In this document: in pieces, positions 1 through 8,952 of the stretch
Numbering within the stretch: position 1 is the first letter of the stretch
How the letters are laid out: the number at the start of each line of letters is the position of its first letter
Assembly: GCA_030604195.1 (NCBI GenBank)
Contig: JAUVWI010000001.1
Location: 28,952 to 92,951, forward strand
Reading direction: 5' to 3'
Source: Spirochaetales bacterium
GTDB taxonomy: Bacteria; Spirochaetota; Spirochaetia; SZUA-6; DRHE01
DNA: 64,000 nucleotides
The notes under the pieces: model-generated
Databases searched by the model: none
Told to the model about the DNA's origin: nothing
What the model saw: the letters and a program-made list of their open reading frames with translations, nothing else
Translations under genes and position numbers: made by a program

Positions 1-34
1 GGGGTCACTGCCCTATGTTCTTAAAATTGGGAAT

Positions 35-784
35 CTATTTTTTTCCTTCTTCCGCTTCAGACGGAGTTTTCTTCTTAGTACCTTCTGCTTCAGACAGAGC
101 AACAAGATTTCTAGGTTCCACTACAGGGTCCAGTTTAGGTTCTGTTTTCAACAGTACATTGGGAATTACATCTACGAGCCGTTTAGTGGAATCGAAGAAA
201 TTATTTCTTATATTATGTGCATGAATAGCAAGGTCTTCCATTTCTTCATCAGCCCCTACTCCCTCAAGTTCACTGATCTTGTCCAGAACATCCAGAATGC
301 TTCTATTCAGTAAATCATCCTGCCCCTTTTCTTCGATCAGGTGTTTCCCGAGGCTGTTAATATCTGAAATCGTGGGAGGGTAAATATTATAGCCATCTAG
401 CGGAGTGTTATATGTAGCTTGAAAAACGCCTAAAATAATTCCCAGGGTCTTGGAATAAATCTCTGCCGGATGATATTTTCCCAGAAAACTGAAGCAGCTT
501 GCCACAATAAAATAGTTCGGCTGAATTGAACTCATAAACAGAAAAGGGTCGCGGGTGCCGAGGAGGGAGTCTATTACATGATGATTGCGAACACCCAGAA
601 TTTTCAGGAAAACGGGGTAGTTACTGCTGGTAATACCGATGCTGTTCAGATAGGCGGCATAGGTCATAGCAGATTCAACGGCCTCTGTGGTTCTACACCC
701 CATCAAACCCTTTAATAAAGCATATTCAATGCTTGCTACCTCTTCTTGAGACCAGGTCTGTTTTTTTTCAAATAACTCTTTCAT
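35..784 (-). CDS. Hypothetical protein, 249 aa, paralog of the upstream 233-aa protein
   Basis: Long ORF with an AAGGAGA RBS. Aligns without gaps to 808-1509 (RTxEAVE, NHxVIDSL, DPFL, KTLxIILGV, LGKHL, GQDD, FFD). No recognised family. Confidence 0.85.
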   Translation of the reverse strand: MKELFEKKQTWSQEEVASIEYALLKGLMGCRTTEAVESAMTYAAYLNSIGITSSNYPVFLKILGVRNHHVIDSLLGTRDPFLFMSSIQPNYFIVASCFSFLGKYHPAEIYSKTLGIILGVFQATYNTPLDGYNIYPPTISDINSLGKHLIEEKGQDDLLNRSILDVLDKISELEGVGADEEMEDLAIHAHNIRNNFFDSTKRLVDVIPNVLLKTEPKLDPVVEPRNLVALSEAEGTKKKTPSEAEEGKK

Positions 785-807
785 ATTATCTCCTTTATGA
801 TATCAAA

Positions 808-1509
808 CTAATTAAATACGCGGTTAGGAGCGATTTCTTTCGCTATATAATCCGATTTTACCAGTAGCACCTGTGGAATGATATCTTCCATCTTTTTCCT
901 CTTATCAAAGAAGAAGGTTCTAATGCTATTTGCCTGCCTTGACATCTGCTCAATATCCTGATTTTCCGTTGTTCCGGCAAGCGAGCCTATGCGGTCCAAA
1001 ATATCAAGAATACAACGATTATTCGGATCGTCCTGGCCTAACTCCTTGTTCAGATGTTTACCAAGGTTGTTAACATCATTAATACTGCAGCTATAGATAC
1101 GGTAACCATCTTTCGCTGAGCTAAATGAAGCCTGTAATACACCAAGAATGATTGCCAGAGTTTTTGGGTATATGCCGCCGGGGTGCCAATTAGTCAATAG
1201 TTTAAACGCATTCAGAATAAGATAATTATTCGGATGTATGGAGCTTAGAAGAAGAAAGGGATCCTTATCTCCAATAAGTGAATCGATTACCCAGTGGTTT
1301 TCAACCTCTAACAACCGTAGAAATAGTGGATAGCTATCATTGGACATTCCTGCAAGTTTTAGAAAACGAGCGTAACTTATTCCAGCTTCAACAGCCTCGA
1401 CTGTTCTGCCGCCGATCATACGTTCAATAATGTTTATCTCAACAGCCATTATTGATTCTTTAGTCCAGGCTTCCTCAATTACTTTTGCCTGTTCCTTATC
1501 TACTGCCAT
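808..1509 (-). CDS. Hypothetical protein, 233 aa, paralog of the downstream 249-aa protein
   Basis: Long ORF with an AAGGAGGA RBS and a consensus promoter upstream. Clear similarity to 35-784. Confidence 0.85.
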   Translation of the reverse strand: MAVDKEQAKVIEEAWTKESIMAVEINIIERMIGGRTVEAVEAGISYARFLKLAGMSNDSYPLFLRLLEVENHWVIDSLIGDKDPFLLLSSIHPNNYLILNAFKLLTNWHPGGIYPKTLAIILGVLQASFSSAKDGYRIYSCSINDVNNLGKHLNKELGQDDPNNRCILDILDRIGSLAGTTENQDIEQMSRQANSIRTFFFDKRKKMEDIIPQVLLVKSDYIAKEIAPNRVFN

Positions 1510-1554
1510 ATAAATCCTCCTTGGTATTATGGATCAATTGTTGAACTCCTTAAA

Positions 1555-1583
1555 ATTATATGATGTTTCCTCCAGGTTGTCAA
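1555..1583 (-). promoter_or_regulatory. sigma70 promoter for the paralog pair
   Basis: Minus strand reads TTGACA-17 nt-TATAAT (perfect consensus). Confidence 0.8.
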
Positions 1584-1676
1584 ATTAATGTTATATTTTT
1601 TTTAAAAAACTGCTATTAAAATTGCTGCCGGAGAAATGTCAGAAATTGCAACAGCCGGTTCTGCCTCTTTGAATTT

Positions 1677-2435
1677 CTAGCTGTTTATCAGTTCCTTCAT
1701 TGTATAGAAACCCACAGGCCGGTCCTTTAGAAAGCATGCCGCCTTCAGCGCCCCTGCAGCAAAAATCTGCTTTGAATAAGCAGCGTGTTTAACCTCTACC
1801 ACCTCATCTTTCCCGGCAAAGAGCACTGTATGCTCTCCCACTATTGTGCCGCCGCGTACCGCATGGATACCGATCTCTTCGGGTGAGCGCCTCTCAGTGC
1901 GGGTATGACGCCCGAACACCTGTTTTTTTGGATCAGGGAGCACGCTGTTTATCGAATCCGCCAGGGACAGGGCAGTACCGCTGGGCGCATCTTTTTTAAG
2001 ATTATGATGTTTCTCAATAATCTCAATATCAAAAGACGGGCCCAGGACTAAGGCAGCCTTCCTGATAAGCTCAGAGACAAGATTTATCCCCAGGGACATA
2101 TTTGACGCCTGGAATATGGGAATTGCAGCGGATTTTTCTTCTATCAGCTTCTTCTCATCTTCAGAAAATCCTGTAGTAGCAATTACCAGGGGCAATCCCT
2201 TTTGCACCGCCCCCTTCAGCAGAGATGGCAATGCCTCTGCATGAGAAAAATCAATCACTACATCAGCTTTTTCCCTGCACAATTCCAGATCCCGGTAAAC
2301 CGGAAATGATTTTTCTCCCGGAGCCTCTGCAGGATCGACCCCGGCCACTACCTCGAAATCCGGAGCTTGCAAAGCAGCCCGGGCAACCACTCTTCCCATA
2401 TGGCCGTTACAGCCGTGGATGATAATCTTTATCAT
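1677..2435 (-). CDS. dapB: 4-hydroxy-tetrahydrodipicolinate reductase
   Basis: Motifs GCNGHMG, VIDFS, IATTG, EKHHNLKKDAPSGTA, RGGTIVGEH. Confidence 0.97.
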   Translation of the reverse strand: MIKIIIHGCNGHMGRVVARAALQAPDFEVVAGVDPAEAPGEKSFPVYRDLELCREKADVVIDFSHAEALPSLLKGAVQKGLPLVIATTGFSEDEKKLIEEKSAAIPIFQASNMSLGINLVSELIRKAALVLGPSFDIEIIEKHHNLKKDAPSGTALSLADSINSVLPDPKKQVFGRHTRTERRSPEEIGIHAVRGGTIVGEHTVLFAGKDEVVEVKHAAYSKQIFAAGALKAACFLKDRPVGFYTMKELINS

Positions 2436-2626
2436 TTAATACTCCTTCTTCAGCCCTAATATTAGCAAAACTGCTCCACGGAAACAAGATGATATTTCTT
2501 TACAGCCATAGTCCCTGTTATTGAAATCATTATTAAAATTCTATTTGATCTATTTTGGGGTTTCTGATAATATCAGCTATCGAAAAGAAAAAATAAAAAT
2601 TGATAACAGTGTAAAGGGAGCCGTAT

Positions 2627-3628
2627 ATGAATTTTATCGAAACCATGTACAGTAAAGCAAAAGAAGATCTCAAAAAGCTGGTATTGCCTGAGGGCACTGA
2701 ACCACGCACTTTGAAGGCAGCGGAAATACTGGTTAAAGGAGGATTGGTTTCTTCACTAACCCTTCTGGGTAGAGAAGAAGAGATTCGTCAGGTCGCTCAA
2801 CAGCAAGGCTGCGACTTAAAAGGTATTATCCTGGAGAATCCGGAGATATCTGAGCGCCGTGACGAATTTGCCCGGGAGTACTTCAATCTGCGCAAACATA
2901 AAGGTATCTCTCTTGAGGATGCCCGTAAACAGATGACCGATAAGCTGCATTGGGGAGCCATGATGGTAAGAAAGGGCGTAGCCCATGCCATGGTCGCGGG
3001 CGCAGAAAACTCCACCGGAAACGTGCTACGCGCATCTCTTACAATAATCAAAACCAGCCCAGGCACCAGGGTTGCCTCTTCCTGCTTTGTAATGTATCTT
3101 CCCGATTCCTCATGGGGAGCGGACGGCTACCTGATCTTCTCCGACTGCGCCACCGTGCCTGATCCCAATTCAGAGGAACTGGCGGAAATCGCTCTGGCAG
3201 CATCCGATTCCTGCCGCACCTTTCTCGGCGTTGAACCGGTAACCGCTCTGCTGTCCTTTTCAACAAAGGGAAGCGCCAAACATCCTGCAGTGGATAAAGT
3301 TACCAGGGCGGTGGAGATTGTAAAAGCAAAACGGCCGGAACTGAAAGTGGATGGAGAGCTGCAGCTCGATGCCGCTATAGTCGCTCCAATAGGACAGAAA
3401 AAGGCTCCCGATTCAACCGTGGCCGGCAAGGCAAATGTACTGGTTTTTCCCGACCTTAACTCGGGCAATATCGGCTACAAACTGGTGCAAAGGCTTGCCT
3501 CTGCAGAAGCCTACGGACCGTTTCTCCAGGGATTTGCCAAACCGGTCAGCGATCTCTCCAGGGGCTGTTCCGTGGATGATATTGTCAATACCTCGGTAGT
3601 GACCCTGGTCCAGGCTCAAGAACAGTAA
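2627..3628 (+). CDS. pta: Phosphate acetyltransferase (short form)
   Basis: Motifs LVLPEG, LSFSTKGS, DGELQLDAA, ANVLVFPDLNSGNIGYKLVQR, DLSRGCS. Confidence 0.97.
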   Translation: MNFIETMYSKAKEDLKKLVLPEGTEPRTLKAAEILVKGGLVSSLTLLGREEEIRQVAQQQGCDLKGIILENPEISERRDEFAREYFNLRKHKGISLEDARKQMTDKLHWGAMMVRKGVAHAMVAGAENSTGNVLRASLTIIKTSPGTRVASSCFVMYLPDSSWGADGYLIFSDCATVPDPNSEELAEIALAASDSCRTFLGVEPVTALLSFSTKGSAKHPAVDKVTRAVEIVKAKRPELKVDGELQLDAAIVAPIGQKKAPDSTVAGKANVLVFPDLNSGNIGYKLVQRLASAEAYGPFLQGFAKPVSDLSRGCSVDDIVNTSVVTLVQAQEQ

Positions 3629-3629
3629 G

Positions 3630-4340
3630 CTAACCGCTTATTGAAGGAGGACGGACAGGTTTATCCGGCTCGAGTAAGGTGCGTAAAAGCTCATCTTCCA
3701 CCATTCCCTCAATAATTTCGATTGATGTCGGAGTCAGGTCTGTAAATTCAACCCCAAAGCCGGAGGGCAAATTATCAGATATTGCTCTTTTACCTGTTAT
3801 GCGGCAGCCGGAGAGCAGGTTGAAATCGTGAAAAGTGATAACTACTGTGCCGCAGCTGTCAACTTCGGGAAAATAGTTTTCGCTCTCCATGAAAGCGCCG
3901 CTGGAGCTGATGGAACGTACCCTGAACTTCTCTGAGGATCTGCCGGGGAGATCCAATTTACCCATTAAGGGCCAGTCAAAGCGGGGATGTTTTCGTTTGT
4001 CCTGACCATGAACAGAAACCAACTCTCCGGTAACTTTATCCGGCAGGGATTCATCATTAAGCCCGAAAACCCGGTACCCTGCCTTTTCAGCTACAGCAAT
4101 CTGCTCTTCAGGCAGAATAAGATAAAGGGGCAGCAGCGGATAACATTTTTTCAGCGAAGAGATAAAACCACTCCACCTTTCGTTTAATTGCTCAAGCTGG
4201 ATAAATACACCAACCGGATGAGATCCTTCAACAATAGCTGCTGCCAGATTCTCCTGAGAATTGACCAAACTTACCTGGAGATCAGGTGCATTTTCAAAAA
4301 GCTGTTTAATATTTTCAGATTCACTGTAGCAAATAACCAT
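3630..4340 (-). CDS. PilZ-domain protein with a degenerate receiver-like N-terminus
   Basis: RKHPR (RxxxR) and SISSSGA, then a GFGVEF strand. The N-terminal alpha/beta region resembles REC but I see no phospho-Asp motif. Confidence 0.75.
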   Translation of the reverse strand: MVICYSESENIKQLFENAPDLQVSLVNSQENLAAAIVEGSHPVGVFIQLEQLNERWSGFISSLKKCYPLLPLYLILPEEQIAVAEKAGYRVFGLNDESLPDKVTGELVSVHGQDKRKHPRFDWPLMGKLDLPGRSSEKFRVRSISSSGAFMESENYFPEVDSCGTVVITFHDFNLLSGCRITGKRAISDNLPSGFGVEFTDLTPTSIEIIEGMVEDELLRTLLEPDKPVRPPSISG

Positions 4341-4452
4341 CTTTCCTCCTCGCCCTATTATAACCGATTATGATAAAATTACCAGTAATATTACTTGATA
4401 TACTTGCAAAACAGTTCTATTCTGGGCAGAACAATAAAAAGGGAGGATAGTC

Positions 4453-5325
4453 ATGTTTGAGGGAGTTTTTACAGCCATCGTAACCCCATTTACTGAGAAT
4501 GGGGAAAAGATTGATGAACAGGCTCTGCGCCGTTTGGTAGACTTTCAGATTGAAAATGGAGTAAACGGATTGGTGCCGGTGGGAACCACCGGCGAGAGTC
4601 CTACTTTGAGCCACGACGAAGACAGAGAGGTAATTCGTATTGTTGTTGATCAGGCCGCGGGAAGAGTGCCGGTGATTGCCGGTTCAGGTTCCAACTGCAC
4701 CGCTACCGCTATTGAGAATACCGGAAAAGCCAAAGAGGCAGGCGCAACAGCGAGCCTGCAGGTTGCACCCTACTATAACAAACCCACTCAGGAAGGTTTC
4801 TACCGCCATTTTACCGCTATCGCGGATGCAGTGGATCTTCCCATGGTAGTCTATAACATACCAGGAAGGTCCGGCAAAAACATTGAAAATTCCACCATGC
4901 TCAAACTTGCCGGCCACAAGAATATAGTGGCGGTAAAAGAAGCCAGCGGCGATATCGGCCAGATGATGGATTTAATTGCTAAAAAGCCTGATGATTTTGT
5001 GGTGCTTTCCGGGGATGACAACCTGATTTTTCCCCTTATGGCCCTCGGCGGCAAAGGGGTTATTTCTGTAGCCGCCAACCTGGTGCCCCGGCGCATGGCT
5101 GATTTTGTAGGAGCCGCTTTAAAGGGAGATTGGGATAGAGCAAGAGAACTGCACTATCAACTGCTTCCCCTGTTCAAGGCAATCTTTATCGAGACTAACC
5201 CCATTCCTATTAAGGCCGCGCTGGCGTGGCAGGGAATGATAAAAGAGACTTACCGGCTGCCCATGTGTCCTCTGCAGCCGGCAAGCAGAGAAGCGCTTAG
5301 GGCCGTACTAAAAGAGATTCTTTAA
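4453..5325 (+). CDS. dapA: 4-hydroxy-tetrahydrodipicolinate synthase
   Basis: Motifs GTTGESPTL, PYYNKPTQEG, YNIPGRSG, VKEASG, LSGDD, ETNPIPIK. Confidence 0.97.
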   Translation: MFEGVFTAIVTPFTENGEKIDEQALRRLVDFQIENGVNGLVPVGTTGESPTLSHDEDREVIRIVVDQAAGRVPVIAGSGSNCTATAIENTGKAKEAGATASLQVAPYYNKPTQEGFYRHFTAIADAVDLPMVVYNIPGRSGKNIENSTMLKLAGHKNIVAVKEASGDIGQMMDLIAKKPDDFVVLSGDDNLIFPLMALGGKGVISVAANLVPRRMADFVGAALKGDWDRARELHYQLLPLFKAIFIETNPIPIKAALAWQGMIKETYRLPMCPLQPASREALRAVLKEIL

Positions 5326-5340
5326 AAGGTTAACCAAGGG

Positions 5341-6195
5341 TTAACCGAGGCGCTGGAGGTTATCAGCCAGCCGGATAAATGCCTCTACCGGAAGCTCTTC
5401 ACCCCGTATACCCGGATCAATATGGGAAAGCTCCAAAGCCTTGAGCGCTATTTCCTCCCCATAACGCGTTGCCGCCCAACCGGATAAAAGGTTATTGCGT
5501 ATAGTTTTACGGCGGGAGACAAATAGGCTCTTAAGCAGGGTCAGGAAAAGACGCCGGTCCCTGGGCAAGGCTATATCTTTTCTAGGCTGCAGTTCGATTA
5601 TGGTAGAGGTCACCTCCGGAACCGGGAAAAAGGAACCGGGCTTAAGATCGCCGCGGCTGCAAATAGAAAAGGCAAACTGGCAAAGAATGGAAAAGGAAGA
5701 ATAATTCTTGTTCCCCACAGGCGCTGTCATTCTCTGGGCAAGCTCCTTCTGCACGGTAAAGATCATCCTGTACGGCAGACAGTTATTTTCCACCAGCGCC
5801 GCAATAATGGCCGAAGCCGAACTGTAAGGCAGGTTGCCCACTACCCTCTCAGGCATCCCGTACTTATCTATAGTATTCTTCCAGGTCTTAAGCACATCCC
5901 CGGGAATCAGCATAAAGTTTTCATTGGCAGCGAAAGTTTCCTGCAGATAGGCTAAAAGACCGCGGTCCAACTCAAAACAGAGCAATTTCCCGGTCAGGGG
6001 TAATAACTCATGGGTAAGAGAACCCAGGCCAGGGCCAATTTCCCAGACAAGATCATTTATCTGCGGATCCAGCAGTGAAAGAATTTTCCGGCGTGCTCCC
6101 CGGTTTACCAGGAAGTTTTGTCCCCAGCGTTTTTTAAGCCTTATGCCAAGGCCCTCTATGACTGATTTAATTTCTTTAGGTGAATCATAATTCAA
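5341..6195 (-). CDS. rsmA: 16S rRNA m6,2A dimethyltransferase
   Basis: Motifs KRWGQNFL, EIGPGLGSLT, GNLPYS, QKELAQR, RRKTIRNNL. Confidence 0.96.
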   Translation of the reverse strand: MNYDSPKEIKSVIEGLGIRLKKRWGQNFLVNRGARRKILSLLDPQINDLVWEIGPGLGSLTHELLPLTGKLLCFELDRGLLAYLQETFAANENFMLIPGDVLKTWKNTIDKYGMPERVVGNLPYSSASAIIAALVENNCLPYRMIFTVQKELAQRMTAPVGNKNYSSFSILCQFAFSICSRGDLKPGSFFPVPEVTSTIIELQPRKDIALPRDRRLFLTLLKSLFVSRRKTIRNNLLSGWAATRYGEEIALKALELSHIDPGIRGEELPVEAFIRLADNLQRLG

Positions 6196-7639
6196 TTTTA
6201 AAAATCCTCCTGATCAGTAAAACAACTGCCGGTAGTAAAAGCCATAAAAAAATATGCCCGCTGCCGTCAACTGCAGGCGCCTGAGAGAAGAGAGCGGTCA
6301 AAGCCGATATGATACGGTAGATAAAGTGCAGAGAAAGAGCAAAAACCTGGCCTACAAAATAGAGAGGTATCCAGCTGACCATAAGATAGATAATACCAAA
6401 CCAGATGAAAAGGGAAATCAGGGGTATCAATAATAGAGCTGCGGGAATACCGATTGGATAAACCGAGCCAAACGTATAGAGCAGTACCGGTGCGGTCATA
6501 AGCTGGGCGCCCACGGAATAAGCCAGGGGGAAACGGATAAAACCGGGAAGGTAAGCGGCTATTGAACCGGCCAGGGGGGCGCCGATCAGCATAATACCAA
6601 GCAGTGAGAGAAAAGAAAGCTGGAAGGAAAGCTCAAAGAGAGAGAAGGGTTCTATTAAAAGAATGAGGGCCGCTGCCAGGCTCAGAATATTCAGCGGGTT
6701 AAAATCTCTGTCTGCCAGATAGGCCATACCCCCGGCACAGAGCATTATCACGGCCCTGGTTAAAGAGGGTCTGGGCCCGACCAGGAAGAGGTAGGCTGAT
6801 ACAATTATTGAAGCGGCAATTATTCTATAGCTCCTGCCGGGCAGAAAGATAAAAAGATAATAGAGCAGAATATAGATAATACCTACATGCAGCCCGGAGA
6901 GGGCCAGAACATGGAGGCTGCCGCTCTTCCTGAACCTGCTCATTACCTCAGGGGGTATTTCCTGCCTCTGCCCCAGGAGCAGGGCCCTGAGCAGGGCGGA
7001 AGAAGGAACGAGCAGTTCTTCAATATTCCTGTTTAAGTATTGCAGAAGCTGGCCGCGCCGGTGCAGCAGCCCGGAGAATAAACTGGAATCCGGCACTTCA
7101 ATATCCTGAGGAGCGACCCGGGAAAAAAAATTCTCTCTGCTTATATTTGCTTTTTCCGGAGAAAGAGCTTTTAAGGAGCCGTTGACTTTTATCCTCTCTC
7201 CCCAGAAGAGCTCCCTGCCCTGCTTAACCATGACTACAGCTCTGCCATTTGCCCGCGCAGTAGAAGTATTACCGGCAGTACTGCACCACGACAATTTGAT
7301 ATTGTAGAAAACCAGTCCATTCGCGCTTTCCCTGCTGTCTTCACTTAAATGGCCGGTAAATGAGGCCACTGAAGATAGAGGAATGCCTGTCCAGCCATTG
7401 TTGGAACTGCCGGCTAATATATTCAGCCGGGATAGACCGCCTGCCATACCCAAAGCCAAAGCAAGAATACAGATGGCGTGCCAATGAAGCTTTTGCAAAC
7501 TCAACATTGAGATAGCCAGGGCTGCAAATAGTAGAACAATAATTAATAAAATGTACTTATTTACCTGACACTTCGCCGCTAATTGAACAGCAAGTATCAG
7601 GCCACTGGAGAAAAAAAGGAAGAAACTTCCCTTTCCCAT
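6185..7639 (-). CDS. comEC: ComEC/Rec2 competence membrane protein (no C-terminal metallo-beta-lactamase domain)
   Basis: Motifs HVLALSGLHV, PSLTRA, SFQLSF; many transmembrane segments. Confidence 0.9.
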   Translation of the reverse strand: MGKGSFFLFFSSGLILAVQLAAKCQVNKYILLIIVLLFAALAISMLSLQKLHWHAICILALALGMAGGLSRLNILAGSSNNGWTGIPLSSVASFTGHLSEDSRESANGLVFYNIKLSWCSTAGNTSTARANGRAVVMVKQGRELFWGERIKVNGSLKALSPEKANISRENFFSRVAPQDIEVPDSSLFSGLLHRRGQLLQYLNRNIEELLVPSSALLRALLLGQRQEIPPEVMSRFRKSGSLHVLALSGLHVGIIYILLYYLFIFLPGRSYRIIAASIIVSAYLFLVGPRPSLTRAVIMLCAGGMAYLADRDFNPLNILSLAAALILLIEPFSLFELSFQLSFLSLLGIMLIGAPLAGSIAAYLPGFIRFPLAYSVGAQLMTAPVLLYTFGSVYPIGIPAALLLIPLISLFIWFGIIYLMVSWIPLYFVGQVFALSLHFIYRIISALTALFSQAPAVDGSGHIFLWLLLPAVVLLIRRIFKIEL

Positions 7640-7643
7640 CAGT

Positions 7644-8834
7644 TCACCATTTCAAATTCTCCAGGCTTTTACGAGCCGCCTTCTTTATCTGTGAGGTGTA
7701 ATTCAGATAGCCCACATACATCAAATCATCAAAGGCAACTTTATCTCCCAAAACACCCAGATTCACGATTACCGCCAGGATGATCTGATCATCGATTCTC
7801 TGACCCCTTTCACTGTAAGAATTTAAAAGCACCAGATATTGAGTAAGGCGCACCGCCGCTTCATGGCTCCCCATACTGCCCAGAGTGGCTATGGCCTCCA
7901 GAAATGAATTCTTTGTAGATACAGCCTTCTCATACTCTAAGAGAGTGGCATAGAAGTGCTCAATTGCTAAAGGAGTTGCCCTGGACCACTTACGTTCCAT
8001 TAAGGCTTTAGCCGCTTCAAAACGTATTTCCCGGGCAATAGCCCGCTGCCCGGCATCAGTTAAGCCCATATGCAGGGCCATATCCATGGCAAACTCAGCA
8101 ACTTCCGCTTTGCGGTCATCCTCCAGCCCTTCATGCTCCAAAGCCATGACCAGGGCCCTTTTCTTGTCAGCAATAGGCTGGTTTTTGATTATACCTTTCA
8201 GATTTTGATCCAGATCACCCTCAATCTCCATTAATGCATTCTTACTTAAAGCTGCTATCTCACCAGGATAGCCAATATTTGCTGCCGAAAAGATTGCCGG
8301 AAAAGAAGAGGAATCACCGATCTCTGCCAGAGCTGCTATACATGCCTTGAGTACCTGAAAATCAGGATTTTTCCCGGAATTAAAAAAGCTATTCTGGGCG
8401 TCAAGCCAGCGATTCATTTCCTGGATTATAGAGGGGTCTCCCTTGCCCACTACCCCCAGACTGTTAAGAACACTAACCCTGAGCATAATATCCTGATCTG
8501 CTTTAAAAAGGTCCCAGAGAGAATAGCGCGCTGCAGCATGGCCGCTCTCTTTTATCTGGCCGGCCGCAAGGACTACTATTTGCCGCAGCCTTCCGTCCGC
8601 GGGAATCAGCGCTGTATTGGAGAGCACATAATCTAATGCCTGAAGATAGAGAGGACCCAGTTCCTTAATCCCGCTTGCCGCTGCATCTTCCAGTATCTGG
8701 ATTTTTACTTCGATGCCGGCCATCTCAAAATTTCTCATGTGCGCCTTTAACAGCGCTTCTTTATCCTGGGCCCGGGTAGTGGTGGCGGCAAACATCAGTA
8801 AAGCTGAAAAGAAACCTAAGAGTATTTTTTTCAT
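7644..8834 (-). CDS. Secreted HEAT-repeat protein
   Basis: Signal peptide; repeated helical motifs (ALAEIGD, TLGSMGS, NLGVLGD). Confidence 0.75.
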   Translation of the reverse strand: MKKILLGFFSALLMFAATTTRAQDKEALLKAHMRNFEMAGIEVKIQILEDAAASGIKELGPLYLQALDYVLSNTALIPADGRLRQIVVLAAGQIKESGHAAARYSLWDLFKADQDIMLRVSVLNSLGVVGKGDPSIIQEMNRWLDAQNSFFNSGKNPDFQVLKACIAALAEIGDSSSFPAIFSAANIGYPGEIAALSKNALMEIEGDLDQNLKGIIKNQPIADKKRALVMALEHEGLEDDRKAEVAEFAMDMALHMGLTDAGQRAIAREIRFEAAKALMERKWSRATPLAIEHFYATLLEYEKAVSTKNSFLEAIATLGSMGSHEAAVRLTQYLVLLNSYSERGQRIDDQIILAVIVNLGVLGDKVAFDDLMYVGYLNYTSQIKKAARKSLENLKW

Positions 8835-8952
8835 TTCCCTGCCAGTATATAGGCTGACAGAAAAGAAATCAATTATTTTCCTGATAAATACATTTTATTT
8901 GCTTGCATAACACCTCTATACGATTTATTAATATTGAAAAAGGAGCAGCAGA

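Noticed and set aside
2436-2626. Possible lysine riboswitch or leader upstream of dapB
   Set aside because: AT-rich divergent promoter region with no recognisable aptamer stems or terminator.
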